Assembly: GCF_006345805.1 (NCBI RefSeq)
Contig: NC_043007.1
Location: 4,402,001-4,466,000, forward strand
DNA length: 64,000 bases
DNA from: Octopus sinensis
Taxonomy: Eukaryota
Direction: 5' to 3'
The translations under genes and the position numbers were made by a program. How positions within the stretch are numbered: the stretch's first letter is position 1; every line of letters starts with the position of its first letter. Shown here piece by piece: positions 1 to 12,205 of the stretch. A model generated the notes under the pieces. It worked only from the letters and a program-made list of their open reading frames with translations. It ran no database searches and was not told the DNA's origin.

Positions 1-394
1 TGGTATTGAATCAAGAAGACCAGATACGGTTATAAAAGACAAAAGAAATAAACAGCATCAGATGACAGACTTTGCAATGCCAAAAGAGAATTGAATGAAT
101 AGCAAAGAAACTGAGAAAAATTGAGAAATGTCAGGAGCTAATTAGAGATTGTGGAAGACTAAGATAAGAGTTAATTATACCTGTGTTAATTGGTGCACTT
201 GGCATAACACCCAGACTATAATGGGGGATGAAGAAGACTGGAGTTGAGATTTGCATTGTCACCCTGCAGTAAAGTGAAGTCATGTATTCTGCAAGAAACC
301 TGAGAATGATTTGAGGAGTCTTGTTGTCACCAAACCTCAAGATAACACCCCTGCTAGTTAAATTAGCATCTGAAATAATAATAATGACAACAAT
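1..394 (+). mobile_element. R4/Dong-clade non-LTR retrotransposon, 3' fragment (RLE domain, 3'UTR, TAA tail), cut by the window edge
   Basis: Frame 2 reads RRPDTVIKDKRNK..TDFAMP..KETEK, then IIPVLIGALG: a PD-(D/E)xK restriction-like endonuclease C-terminus. It ends in aataataataat at ~374-385. Confidence 0.8.
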
Positions 395-431
395 AATTCT
401 TTGCCAAAAGGATCCCAGCCAAGGCATTGCG

Positions 432-2775
432 AACGACTGAAATGGTAACCAAACAGACAACAAAGATTTCAAACTGGAAATGGTTAGGACTGGATGGGGT
501 ACAAGGAAACTGGCTGAAAAATTTCTCTGCTCTACACAGAAGAATAGCCATGCAAATGGATAAAATGATCAACAACAATGTACAAATCCCAAAGTGGCTA
601 ACCACAGGTAAAACAATTCTTTGCCAAAAGAATCCCAGCAAAGGCAATGTGGTGGATAATTACTGGCCTATCATCTGCCTGCTCTTGATGTGGAAGCTGG
701 GGACAGGAATAATATCTGATTATGTGTATAACTTCCTGGAAATGAAGGACAAACTACCAGTGGAAGAGAAAGGGTGTAGAAGGAAAAGCTGAGGGACAAA
801 ATCAAACCAACTTCTGATAGACAGAATGGTGCTGAATAACTGCAAGAAAAGACTTACTAATCTGGGTATGGAGTGGATCGATTATAAGAAAGTGTATGGC
901 ATGGTTCCCCATTCCTGGATTTTAGAAACTATTGAGCTGGTACAGGTGCCTGATAACATATCAAATTTTATTAGGAGATCAATGAAAAACTGGAATACAA
1001 AGTTAACTTCATGTGGAAAATTTTTGGTGAGAGTTAACATCAAGAGAGGCATATTTCAAGGAGTTATCCTATCACCATTGTTCTTTGTGATTTGTATGAT
1101 ATCCCTCACACCGATACTATGGAAAGTGACATTGGGATACACCTTGAAAAGTGGAGGAAAATTAAATCATTTGTTATATATGGATGATTTAAAGATCTTT
1201 GGAAAGACCAAACATGAAATAAATGGCCTAGTTTCAACAGTGCAGTAAGGATATCGGAATGGAATTTGGGACTAAAAAGTGTGGTATGTTTATAATATAA
1301 AGAGGCAAAAGAGTGTCGTCTGATGGTGTAGAGCTACTCAACAGCAAGAACATCAAGCATATTGAGACTAATGGATATAAATATCTGGGGATTTTAGAAT
1401 ACAGCAAAATCAGGAAATGAAGGAAAGCTTTAGGCGAGACTGTCTCAGAAGAACCAAGTTAATTATGAGAAGTAGACTCAATGGACAAAACAAAATCAGG
1501 ACAATGAACATATGGACTGTTTCATTAATGCAATATGGTGCAGGCGTTGTTAGGTAGACAAAGAACGAACTTGAGGAAATGGACAGGAAAACTAGAGAAG
1601 CGATGACAGTTAACAAGGAATTACACCCCAAAAGCGATACTGACAGACTGTATGTGCCTAGAAATAGGGATGGAAGAGGTTTCATTGAATGCAAAATCTG
1701 TATTAATGAGAAGAACAGTCTGGGCTGGTACAACAAAAAGCAGAGTGAATCCTTGCTTGTCACTGTTAGAATTAACAATACAATACCTACTGAAAATGTG
1801 ATGCACCCAGAAACATTTAAAAAACACAAGATGAAGAAAGAGTAGACAACTGGGAAATGAAACCACTGCATGGGCAATACCTGAGAGACATCAAAGGAAA
1901 AGACAAGACCAACACTTGGAGACAGCTAAGAACAAGTGATCTGAAAGGATGCACTGAGGTATTGATATGCAACGCCCAGGAACAAATTCTGAGAACTAAT
2001 TACACCAAGTTCCAAATAGATAAGAATTGCAAATCACCCATTTGTAGGATGTGTGGCAGCAGAAATGAAACAATCTCAAATATTGTGAGTGAATGTAGCA
2101 AGCTGGCCCAAAAACACTACATGATAACATGGCTAAGATTGTCCACTGGAGGCTATGGCTAAGATTGTCCACTGGAGGCTATGTGAACAGTATGGCCTGA
2201 ACAGAGCACAGAAATGGTACGAACATGAACCAGAAGGAGTCACTGAGAACAAAGAACATAAGATACTGTGGGATTTTGCAATCCAATGCAACTCCCTAAT
2301 CAAGGCTTGGAGACCAGACATTGTTATGGTAGATAGAGGAAAAAAGGAAACCAAGGTCATAGATATTGCAATACCTGGAGATGCTCTCATAAGTGACGAA
2401 GAATTAGAAAAGATTGAAAAGTACAGACTACTAAAAGACAAAATTGCAAGAATATGGACTAAGAGAAGAGTGTCTGTCATTCCGGTAGTTGTAGGGACAC
2501 TTGGAAAACTAACAACTAAGTTCGAGAAAAATGTCAGAGAAATCGGAATTGACATGAAAGCAGAGTAAGTCCCAAAAAGCTGTGCAGTTTGGAACAGCTA
2601 GGATTTTGAGATTGGCTCTTGGATGTTGAATGTCTCCCATGATAATTAACAACCAAGTATCAAAGCTTATAATGTGTGGAAAGAGACCCTGTGAGACCTC
2701 TGACGGCAGGCAGCTGTCTGCTTTCACAGAATCTACCAGAACACACAAGACCAAATGTTCTGAGAAGTAAAACAA

Positions 2776-2826
<51 letters not shown>
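432..2826 (+). mobile_element. 5'-truncated, decayed R4/Dong-clade non-LTR retrotransposon (RT, zinc knuckle, RLE endonuclease, (TAA)n tail)
   Basis: Broken ORFs give RT motifs (WIDYKKVYGMVPHSW, RGIFQG..LSPL.F, HLLYMDDLK), RLYVPR..GRG, a CRMC...ETISNIVSEC knuckle, and ILWDF..RPDIV..IDIAIPGD..EKIEKY..VIPVVVGTLG. Several stops and frameshifts. (TAA)n at ~2776-2826. Confidence 0.92.
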
Positions 2827-2827
<1 letters not shown>

Positions 2828-3385
2828 TCAGACACAACAAGGCAGCCCCAATCCTCCACTGGCTACTATGCTTTAAGTATGGATATGAGGTTATGGGTGC
2901 TTGGTACCAACATACACCAGAAAAGGTAATGGACGAAAAGGGGAAAGCAAAAATCCTCTGGGACTTCAACTTCCAGATAGACAAGGTTTTAGAGCACTGA
3001 AGGCCGGATATAGTAACCTTTAGGAGGCACAAATAAGAGTGCTTAATAATTGATGCAGCAGTGCCAGGAGATCAGCATATCATCATGAAAGAAAGAGAAA
3101 AGACTGATAAATATGGAGACTTGAGAATTGACACAGCAAGCTAGGAGAAGCAAACATAAAAGTTATTCCTATTGTCATTGGAGCACTGGGTTCAATACCA
3201 CACAATCTGAAAAAAACATCTGAAAACATTAGAGATACCCTACAATCTAGATGTATTGCAAAAGTCGGCATTACTTGGAACTGCATGCATATTGCATAAA
3301 GGTCTGTCTGAGGTCCTTGTGACTTGACAAACCGTACAATATCTTCAATCAACAACCTCACGATATTGTATACTGTGAAATGTCT

Positions 3386-3416
<31 letters not shown>

Positions 3417-3420
3417 TAAT
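2827..3420 (+). mobile_element. Second R4/Dong subfamily, 5'-truncated copy with (TAA)n tail
   Basis: Reads RHNKAAPILHWLLC..WYQHTPEKV..KILWDFNFQ..RPDIV..IIDAAVPGD..KYGDL..IPIVIGALG..LQKSALLGTA. Starts directly after the preceding TAA run and ends in (TAA)n at ~3387-3420. Confidence 0.88.
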
Positions 3421-3948
3421 AGATGCCCTGATGCAGTACCAGCCAGTGGCTCTCGTGGCTTCTGATCTTAACTGATTGGAAATGTCATTATGTACATTGT
3501 TTTGTCTTGGTATAAAAGATGGGCTACAGCAAATATTCAGATTTGCTTGTCAGTTGTTCGAACTTAATCAGTTGAGCATGACCCTTAATGGCTGATGATA
3601 TGAGCATCTCTGATCACGAGCAGAAGTAGTGGGGGAGCATCATAGCCATGTGTTGAGAGGAATTCTTTGGGGTTTGGATAATTCACCTCCGGAAACATGG
3701 TTGTTTTGTTCAACATCCTTAAACAACCTGTATTCAGGGACTTTTGGAGCGGGATGGGCTAATTGACCAGAAGAAAATTCTAATTGGGCCCCACCTGCAA
3801 GGTCACGTGCTGTTTATCTTGATATGAGATCACCATGTTGTGCACATATGGTTGTGATGCATGTGCCTTGTGTACCCTTATCAGACGGGTAGTCATGATG
3901 GGTATACTGGGCTTCATATATTTTACCCCAGTGTCAATTTGATGGCAT
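3421..3948. repeat. Unclassified interspersed repeat between TAA and TTA microsatellites
   Basis: GC-richer block with sharp microsatellite boundaries. It resembles an octopus high-copy repeat from memory; no domain recognised. Confidence 0.4.
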
Positions 3949-4112
3949 GTTATTATTATTATTTGTAATTTTGACTTAAGGCTAGCAACTCACCCCAAAG
4001 GATGACAGGCAAATTTACTTCCATGGGACTTGAGCTCAAAATGTAAAAAGTTGGAAGGAATGCCACTAAGCATTTTCTCTGATGCATTAACAATCCTGCC
4101 AGCCTCCCATTT

Positions 4113-4143
<31 letters not shown>

Positions 4144-4848
4144 AATAACAACAATAATACTGTATTTTAGGAATATGATATGGAAGGGAAGACATAATTG
4201 AAGAAATCAAATAATTTATCAAATACTGTATTCTTTCGATTCTCTCATTATTGAATATTCTTCTTCTCCTTCCGTTCCCACATAAACAGACCGTACAATT
4301 CAAAGGTTGAATTTTGATAGATTTGTGCACTTTCTTATCTCCCTTTGCCTTCACTCTTTTGATTCATAATACCAACATATAAACTCCAGCCTTCCAATTG
4401 TTTGATTTGTTTACATTTGTATTGAAAGAAAAGAAGAAAACTATTCAATAATGAGAGAATTGAAAGAATGAAAACATTCAACGAATGAGCTATTTCTGTT
4501 TTCGCTCAGGTCTTTTGTCTCTGAAGTACACTTTTTCTTTATTGTAAGTAAACATGCTCCCCATATCATGTTTGCTTTTGTTATTCTGATGTAGTATAAT
4601 AAAAAATATTTTATAATAAGATGCCTTTTAAAGTGTAAATAAATGTCTTTTAAGACTGTTTTCCACATTATTTTCCCTAAGATATTTTCAAATTCAGTTT
4701 TCTCAGCATTTGGTTTTTGAAATATAAGGCATTGATCATTTGAATTTGGCTTTCTCACATTTACACTTCCTATGTTCAGCCTTATGATTGGCACACCCTC
4801 TCTCACACACACACACACACACACCACACACACACACACTCACATATA

Positions 4849-5031
4849 TGGGGTGTGCTGAAAAGTTCTTGGCTCTAGGGATATCACAAAAGGCCTGGGC
4901 GCTTAGAAAAACTGAAGGACCATTGCAATAAGTGTGTGAATCTGAGAGGGGGATATATTGAATAAAATCATAATTGACTGATTTTTCTGTATTTTCTTTT
5001 ATCCAAAGTCAGGAACTTTTCACCACCTCTG
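4849..5031 (+). mobile_element. Internally deleted mariner element (MITE-like)
   Basis: Imperfect TIRs ggggtgtgctgaaaagttcttggct / agtcaggaacttttcaccacctc with TA-rich flanks. Internal LEKLKDHCNKCVNLRGGYIE* matches a mariner transposase C-terminus. Confidence 0.75.
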
Positions 5032-5460
5032 ATATATTAATTGATCAGATAAGAAGAGTAAAGATGTTTATTCCATTAATTGACAGGCGTTTCATAATCT
5101 GTGTCAGTTGCATAAGCAGTGATAAATCATCTGTCATACATATTTAAATACATATGCATACATACATATATATATATATATATACACACACACACCCATA
5201 AATATAATTATGTTGTAACATAATAAACAGACTATACTTCAGAACATTTCATGGCAAGTTAAAACACTGGACTCTGCTATGAAGAGAAAATAGTTTCATT
5301 ACATAGTCACAGACAATAAATGTATCTGACAGATTTCACTCTTTACAAATACTAGAATTTTCATATATGGAGTGCTCTAAGGAAGTGAAGACAATAGTCC
5401 TAAATAGAAATTCATAATACAATAAAATAAAGTAAATATAAAAAAGGAAATTCTGTAGTA

Positions 5461-5467
5461 TCATCAC

Positions 5468-5506
<39 letters not shown>

Positions 5507-5905
5507 TGTTTAACATTTGCCTTCCATACTAGCATGGGTTGGATGATTTTGACTGAGGGCTGGCGAACCAGACGGCTGCACCAGGCTCCAATCTTGATCT
5601 GGCAGAGTTTCTACAGCTGGATGCCCTTCCTAACGCCAACCACTCTGAGAGTGTAGTGGGTGCTTTTTACATGCCACTGGCACAGGGGCCAGTCAGGCGG
5701 TACTGGCAATGACCTCGCACAAATCTTTTTACACATGCCACCGGCACAGGTGCCAGTAAGGCGACATTGGTAACGATCACATTCGAATGGTGCCCTTTTA
5801 CGTGCCACCGGCGCAGAAGCCAGTTGGCTGCTCTGGCGACGATCACGCTTGGATGGTGCTCTTGGCACCCTACTAGCATGGGCACAAGTGCCAGTAAGGT
5901 GTCTA
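5461..5905 (-). mobile_element. RTE 3'-UTR copy (5'-truncated LINE or RTE-tailed SINE) with (GAT)n tail
   Basis: Reverse complement matches the RTE 3'UTR at 17.6-18.08 kb. The (CAT)n at 5461-5506 is its tail. Confidence 0.85.
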
Positions 5906-7803
5906 AATGAGTAAACCATATGATAACAAAAAATATAAAATAAGATACATAAATGGATAAACAAAGAAATAGAAGTAGACTAAGATCTAACGATTGAAAT
6001 AGGATGCCTAAAAACAATGTATATTTTTAGTAGAGGAACTTAGCTGCGTAACAAAGTGGCCTAAAGTATTGAAATTCTATGCACAGGTCAGACATGTCAT
6101 TCTGAGACCAATGATAATGGCACCAACATACACACACACATATACCTCATATAAATGTTCCTACACACATATTCATACTTTCTTGTCCCATTGTCATCAA
6201 CCTCCCTGGTTCCATTCCTGTCAGCTTCACCATTGTGACTCTCTCTCAATTTCTCCTTCTCACTCTTGCTCACTCCCTTGTTGTCGTCCTCTTTTGCTGC
6301 ATCACTGAGTCCTTTCCTATCACCTTCACTTCATCCCGGTTCTTTTGCAGGCTCTGGCATGTCTAGTTTATATCCTGCTATCAATGGGTCAGTTGATTAA
6401 TTGCTTATTCAATGTAACTAAGATGCTTTACCAAGCAACAGAGAAAATAACAGATATCGCTAAGGAAGATTCATAAATCATAAATGCTTTAAAAATCATT
6501 AATTTATAAAAACTGAAATAACATTGCATGATATTTAAGAATTTATAAGATGTTTTTAAATCACTGAGTGAAGTGGAAATTTTAGTTTCAGATTGTAGTT
6601 CTTTTTTTATTTATTTCAAATCCAGTCATTATTGACTCCGACATTCATTCTTCAATGGATTTTTAAGATAATTACAGTTATATACAAAAGGCGATTGTCA
6701 TGATTATACTTCTCTTTTACAAAATACTGTCCTTTCTCTTTGTCAAAAGGGAGAAAAGAATTAATATTGAAGATGTTCAAATTCATGAAACTCAAAACTT
6801 CAAAAGTATTGCACCATTTAGTTTTTGTCCTTCAAGATTCCAAAGGATTTCATTTTGTATTTCATTCTTCATATATGAGATCCATGAAACTGGAGTGTTT
6901 TATACTTCAATTTCCTTGCATGGCTAATAATTCATGAACAAAGGCATACATTTTATGTCCACCTTTATTTCTTATAAACATATCAAACTGTGGCCCCTTT
7001 TGTGTGTGTTTCTGGTGAATGCAATGAATTACTTAGTTTCCTTGCAAAACAATATGATAACTCATTTTCTTTTTTTAATTCTTTAATGAAGACTTATCAT
7101 TTCTAGCAGACCGTTCAAAAGATTCCTTTGGAAAAGCATGAACATCACAGTCTTCATTATTTCTGTTACCTTCATTAAAAGAATGGACAAAAAGTTAAAT
7201 ATTTTCAATATTAAAGTAGATATCTCTTGGTGTTCATTCCAGCATTTGCACTCTCTCTCTCTCTCTCTTACACACACATACATACACACAAACACACATG
7301 CACACACACACACTTGGCAAGTCAGATAAGTGCATGTATGAAACTGTCAGATCTTGAGTCACTTATGTAGTTTTACAGCAAAACACACACACACACATAC
7401 ACACACACACACACACATACACGTATGCACGCCCACACACAAATAGTAGTTACAGTATCCTAATAAAAGAGAGAAAAACAATTATTCAATGTTTTAATTT
7501 TAATAAACCTAAATTATGAAGCAATAAATGAATACAAAAAAAACTCACATTTACATTAATATTTACTATAAACATAATTATTTAATGTCTAATGTTTTAC
7601 CATTAATTTAAGAAAAGCACTTTCATTCCATAATTGAAGCTTATTATTAGTAAAATATTCAACAGATTCGTTTTCTCTTTTTCCTCATCATTGTTGTAGC
7701 TTTTGTCAGTCTTTTCATTTTTAACTGTTTGATTTAATGTTGTTTTTTTACATCTCTCACAAGTATTGTACAACTTCTGTTTCATCTTTGTCACCCGCTA
7801 TTG

Positions 7804-8113
7804 TACGAGGGTGAGTCAAAAAGTAATGCCATTTTGTTTAGGACAGATATAATTACCAACAGAGGAACATGTATCATACATCAACATGAAGCTGGTCCTC
7901 TGTGCATCACATCCCTACTTCTCAACATAGTCACCGTTTCTCTCAATAGCAATGTTCCACCTTCAAATGAGAGCATGTATCCCTGCCCCGTAAAATTCTG
8001 TTGACTGTTCTTTGAGCCACTTCTTCACTACAGTTTTCACTTCCTCATCACTGGACTATCATTGCCACTGGACTATCATCTCTTTGGCCCCATGAAAGAG
8101 GGTTTGAGAGGCA
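7804..8113 (-). mobile_element. mariner transposase 3' remnant with TIR
   Basis: TA plus TIR cgagggtgagtcaaaaagt at 7804. Minus strand reads SSDEEVKTVVKKWLKEQSTEFYGAGIHALI*RWNIAIERNGDYVEK*. Adjacent inverted piece DYHLFGPMKEGLRG. Confidence 0.88.
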
Positions 8114-8449
8114 TTCCTAAAACTCCCCACTAATCATGTAGTTGAGGAAAGTACCTCAAGGAATCAGCCTCTATACTAAATATGAACATTGTAAGGTCTC
8201 ACAAATGTAATATTATGAGATTTTTGACCAGCTGTAATTATTCAAGTAATTAGAAGATAAAAGAACCCCCACCCCTAAAGGTGTTTATGGACTTAAAGCA
8301 ACATGTGAAAGGAATAATTCCCATAAGAGTTGATGACTGAAATATTTGGACAATATAGAGAACAGGGATTGGAATGGATCTGGTCTTTAAAGGTAACAGC
8401 TGAAACCAACAGTCTCAACTTATGGTCTTAGACTTCCATTCTAATGATG

Positions 8450-8665
8450 GTTTCAGATTTTGGCACAAGGCCAGCAATTTCAGAGGATGGGTAGATCGAT
8501 TACATCGACCCCAGTGTACAACCAGTCCTTATTTTGCCAACCCAGAAAGGATGAAAGGCAGAGTTGACCTTGGTGGAATCTGAACTCCAAATGTAAAGAC
8601 GGATGAAATGCTGCTATGCATTTTGCCTGGGTGTGCTAACAACTCTGCCAGCTTGCCACCTTTGA
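8450..8665 (-). mobile_element. tRNA-derived SINE family B
   Basis: Reverse complement has the B-box region and the gcctttcatcctt..gggg core shared with 25277-25495 and 35040-35241. Confidence 0.8.
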
Positions 8666-8713
8666 CCTAACCCTAATTAGATAGAATTAGTATCATAATG
8701 AAAATATTTTCTA

Positions 8714-9110
8714 GGCATGGCTGTGTTAAGAAGCTTCCCAACCACACAGTTCAGTCCCACTGCCTGGTGCCTTGGGTAAGTGTCGTTTACTATAGTCCTG
8801 GACCAACCAAAGCCTCATGAGAGGGTTTGGTAGATGGAGACTGTAAGAAGCCCATCGTATTCTTATATACATATGTGAGTTATTTGTGCGTCTTTGTGTT
8901 TGTATTTGTTTTCCAGCACCACTTGACAACTGGTACTGGTGTGTTTACATCCCTGTAACTTAGCAGTTCAGCAAAAGAAACTGATATAATAAGTACCAGT
9001 ACTTAAAAAACATAAGTACCATGGTCAATTCATTCAACGAAAAATTCTTCAAAGTGGTGCCCCAGCATGGCTGCAGTCTAATAACTGAAACAAGTAAAAA
9101 AATAAATGAA
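8714..9110 (+). mobile_element. tRNA-derived SINE family A
   Basis: Colinear with the best copy at 47721-48123: head, ccttgggtaagtgtc core and ggtgccccagcatggc tail. Confidence 0.85.
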
Positions 9111-9224
9111 GATTATATATATATATATAAGCCACAGCAGGAAATGTATCAGGACATGAAATGTAAAAGCCGGACTAGACTACTTTATGCGCAACTCCAT
9201 TGTTTCCCGAGACAAAACGGATGC

Positions 9225-9261
<37 letters not shown>

Positions 9262-9266
<5 letters not shown>

Positions 9267-10584
9267 CATATATACTCACACACACATACAGCAGCAGCAG
9301 CACCCTTGCTCATACATATATGCAAATATATATACACACATGTATGTACACATTTGTGTATGTCCAGAGTGTCCAGAAAGTTACTATACAGATATTTGAA
9401 GTAAAGAAATATCATGGTTAGACTAAAAAAGATTTTCAGAAAATATTCTAACAATACAGGCAATCAATTTCATTTCCTGCAGTTATGATAAATGTTTTAA
9501 ATGGTAAACCATTAGCTTCAATGCATTCTTGACAACGTGAAAGCACACTGTGACAAACTTTAGTACACAAGTCTGGAACAAGGTTAGCAAATGCATCAAT
9601 AATGAACTGCCAAAGATCTTCAATATTTCTTGACTTCCTCTGATTTACAAACTTGACTTCCTTGACTTAGAAACTGTTCACAAAATTGAGACCTGTGATC
9701 AGGACCACCCTTCAGAAGTTCGTGAATTAGACCAGGAATGTAAGGTTTCATATCGAGTTTTGTAAGTATTTTATGTCGAGATGTTCATTTGATACCAATT
9801 TCTGAACTACCATGGCAAATTGATTTCTTTGGGCTTCTAATATATGCCTCAGCAACTGTATCATAGAGTTGTTTTCAGACTAACCATATAGTAACTTTAC
9901 AGATGCCCTATATATATATATATAATATATATATATATATATTCACATATATACTCACACACACATACAGCAGCAGCAGCACCCTTGCTCATACATATAT
10001 GCAAATATATATACACACATGTATGTACACATTTGTGTATGTCCAGAGTGTCCAGAAAGTTACTATACAGATATTTGAAGTAAAGAAATATCATGGTTAG
10101 ACTAAAAAAGATTTTCAGAAAATATTCTAACAATACAGGCAATCAATTTCATTTCCTGCAGTTATGATAAATGTTTTAAATGGTAAACCATTAGCTTCAA
10201 TGCATTCTTGACAACGTGAAAGCACACTGTGACAAACTTTAGTACACAAGTCTGGAACAAGGTTAGCAAATGCATCAATAATGAACTGCCAAAGATCTTC
10301 AATATTTCTTGACTTCCTCTGATTTACAAACTTGACTTCCTTGACTTAGAAACTGTTCACAAAATTGAGACCTGTGATCAGGACCACCCTTCAGAAGTTC
10401 GTGAATTAGACCAGGAATGTAAGGTTTCATATCGAGTTTTGTAAGTATTTTATGTCGAGATGTTCATTTGATACCAATTTCTGAACTACCATGGCAAATT
10501 GATTTCTTTGGGCTTCTAATATATGCCTCAGCAACTGTATCATAGAGTTGTTTTCAGACTAACCATATAGTAACTTTACAGATG

Positions 10585-10587
<3 letters not shown>
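9262..10587 (+). repeat. Direct tandem duplication, period 679 bp (9262-9908 = 9941-10587), bounded by (TA)n
   Basis: The copies read identically by eye. TA runs lie before, between and after them. Confidence 0.95.
9364..9910 (-). mobile_element. Internally deleted Tc1/mariner-superfamily element, copy 1
   Basis: Imperfect TIRs sharing aaagttactata (~9364-9389 and ~9885-9910). Minus-strand peptides EAYIRSPKKSI..HKILTKLDMKPY..LIHEL..FCEQF and IEDLWQFIIDAFA..VLSRCQECIEANG. TA flank. Confidence 0.75.

Positions 10588-10589
<2 letters not shown>
10043..10589 (-). mobile_element. Tc1/mariner-superfamily relic, copy 2 (duplicate)
   Basis: Identical to 9364-9910 at offset +679. Confidence 0.75.
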
Positions 10590-10620
<31 letters not shown>

Positions 10621-11699
10621 AGCAGTCTTATGACTGACATCCTGTTGGTAACAGAGAAGGATTCAAGCTTTTCTACACCATTTGATGAAAAGAAATGTTG
10701 TGAGGTAAAATCATAGATATTTCCTTCATTACCTGCATTAGAAGTGGACTCTTTTTTATTTTCTTTCTCTGTGTAGACTTACATCAAAGCCCCAAATAAT
10801 GTATAATTTATATGAGCAATTTGGATGGAAAAATCCTCATTAGCACTAACGATATTATACCTCGTGGAGCACATATCTATCTTTTTACTGAGTGAATGTG
10901 TGTTTGTGTCATCATCAGTTTGATATCCATCCCTCCATTTTTCCATCTCTCCTCATCCTTACGCATCTGCTGAATTATTGAAAATTTGTCCAACTGACAA
11001 AGCGATGAAGCCACCATCTTTTGCTTGGATGGTGCAAATGGCCACACATTGAATTGATATTCTTGCACCTTGTCTCTCCCCCTCACACACATATGCACAC
11101 ATGCACAAGTATAGACATATACCTTATGGGCTTCTTTACAGTTTCTGTTTATGCATTTCATTTACATGGCATTGGTCCACCAAGGTCACTGAAGAAGTGT
11201 CATACCACACCATGAAACTGAACCTGAGACTGTACAGTTGCAAAGGAAACTTCATGTTCATGTAGCCATGCTTGTACCCCCCCCCCCCATGTATATATAT
11301 ATATATCATCATCATCATCACCATTATTTTTATATATATTTTCCTCTGCTCTGGATGAATTCTGAACAGTTCTGTCCACTAATCAAAGTACTTTGTCATC
11401 TGTTTAATGATGCATCACAAAAACCATTCCTCTCAACATCTGCCCATGAATTCTTCACTCTTTTATTTCTGCAGGTTTTATCAACTTAATATCGTTTGAC
11501 TTTTCCATTTTTTGGCACCACTCTTCATGTGTCTCTCATTTTCCTATCAGAACAGTCTTCTCTCTTGCACACTTTGCTTAATAATATCAAGGTTTTTGTC
11601 TCTCATTGTTGTTCTCCATTCTCCATGCATGCTGACTTCACAAATCTGTCAAAGAATGCTTGTGTCATCTCACATCTTTCCAGTCTTCCTGTATCTAAT

Positions 11700-11832
11700 T
11701 GGCAAACTGGAAGAGGCATTAGAACATCAGATGAAATACCTTGCAGCATTTCCTCTGGCTTTTTGCATTTTGAGTTCAAATATCTTAGATTTCAACTTTG
11801 CCTTTCATCTTCTCTGGTTGATAAATGAAGTA
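11700..11832 (+). mobile_element. Diverged SINE family B
   Basis: Contains tgagttcaaat..aactttgcctttcatctt..gttgataaa. Confidence 0.65.
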
Positions 11833-11898
11833 TGAATAAAGGGAGGTGAACCGACCAGCTCATTAGAGTGTCAGATGGCAGGCCCTGCAGTATTTATC

Positions 11899-12205
11899 TT
11901 AGCTCTGTACATGCTGAGTCCTAGTTCTTTGCATGCTGAGTTCTAGCTCTTTGCATTCTGAGTCCTAGCTCTTTGCTTTCTGAGTCCTAGCTCTTTACAT
12001 GCTGAGTCCTAGTTCTTTGCATGCTGAGTCCTAGCTCTTTACATACTGAGTCCTAGTTCTTTGCATGCTGAGTCCTAGCTCTTTGCTTTCTGAGTCCTAG
12101 CTCTTTGCATGCTAAGTCCTAGCTCTTTGCATTCTAGTTCTAGCTTTTTGCATGTTGAGTCCTCTAGCTCTTTGCATTCTGGGTCCTAGCTTTTGCAGTC
12201 TAAGT
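11899..12205 (+). repeat. 22-bp minisatellite (~14 units, ctagctctttgcatgctgagtc) inside a SINE-B head
   Basis: Tandem units are visible directly. Preceded by a diverged SINE-B 5' head from 11841 and followed by aagttcaaa (B-box). Confidence 0.9.

Noticed and set aside
5080-5140. Minus-strand tgaca-GATGA..GAAA-cgcc-tgtca fossil hammerhead
   Set aside because: It needs at least two core repairs and stem II is poor, so it is indistinguishable from chance.
7075-7175. Possible minus-strand terminal exon (NRNNEDCDVHAFPKESFERSARNDKSSLKN*)
   Set aside because: No recognisable homology and no phase-compatible partner exon. It needs RNA-seq.
10630-10740. Possible minus-strand internal exon (NEGNIYDFTSQHFFSSNGVEKLESFSVTNR)
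   Set aside because: Weak polypyrimidine tract, no homology, and phase incompatible with the 7.1-kb candidate.
11899-12205. Possible CRISPR or coding repeat
   Set aside because: Spacerless 22-bp minisatellite derived from a SINE.
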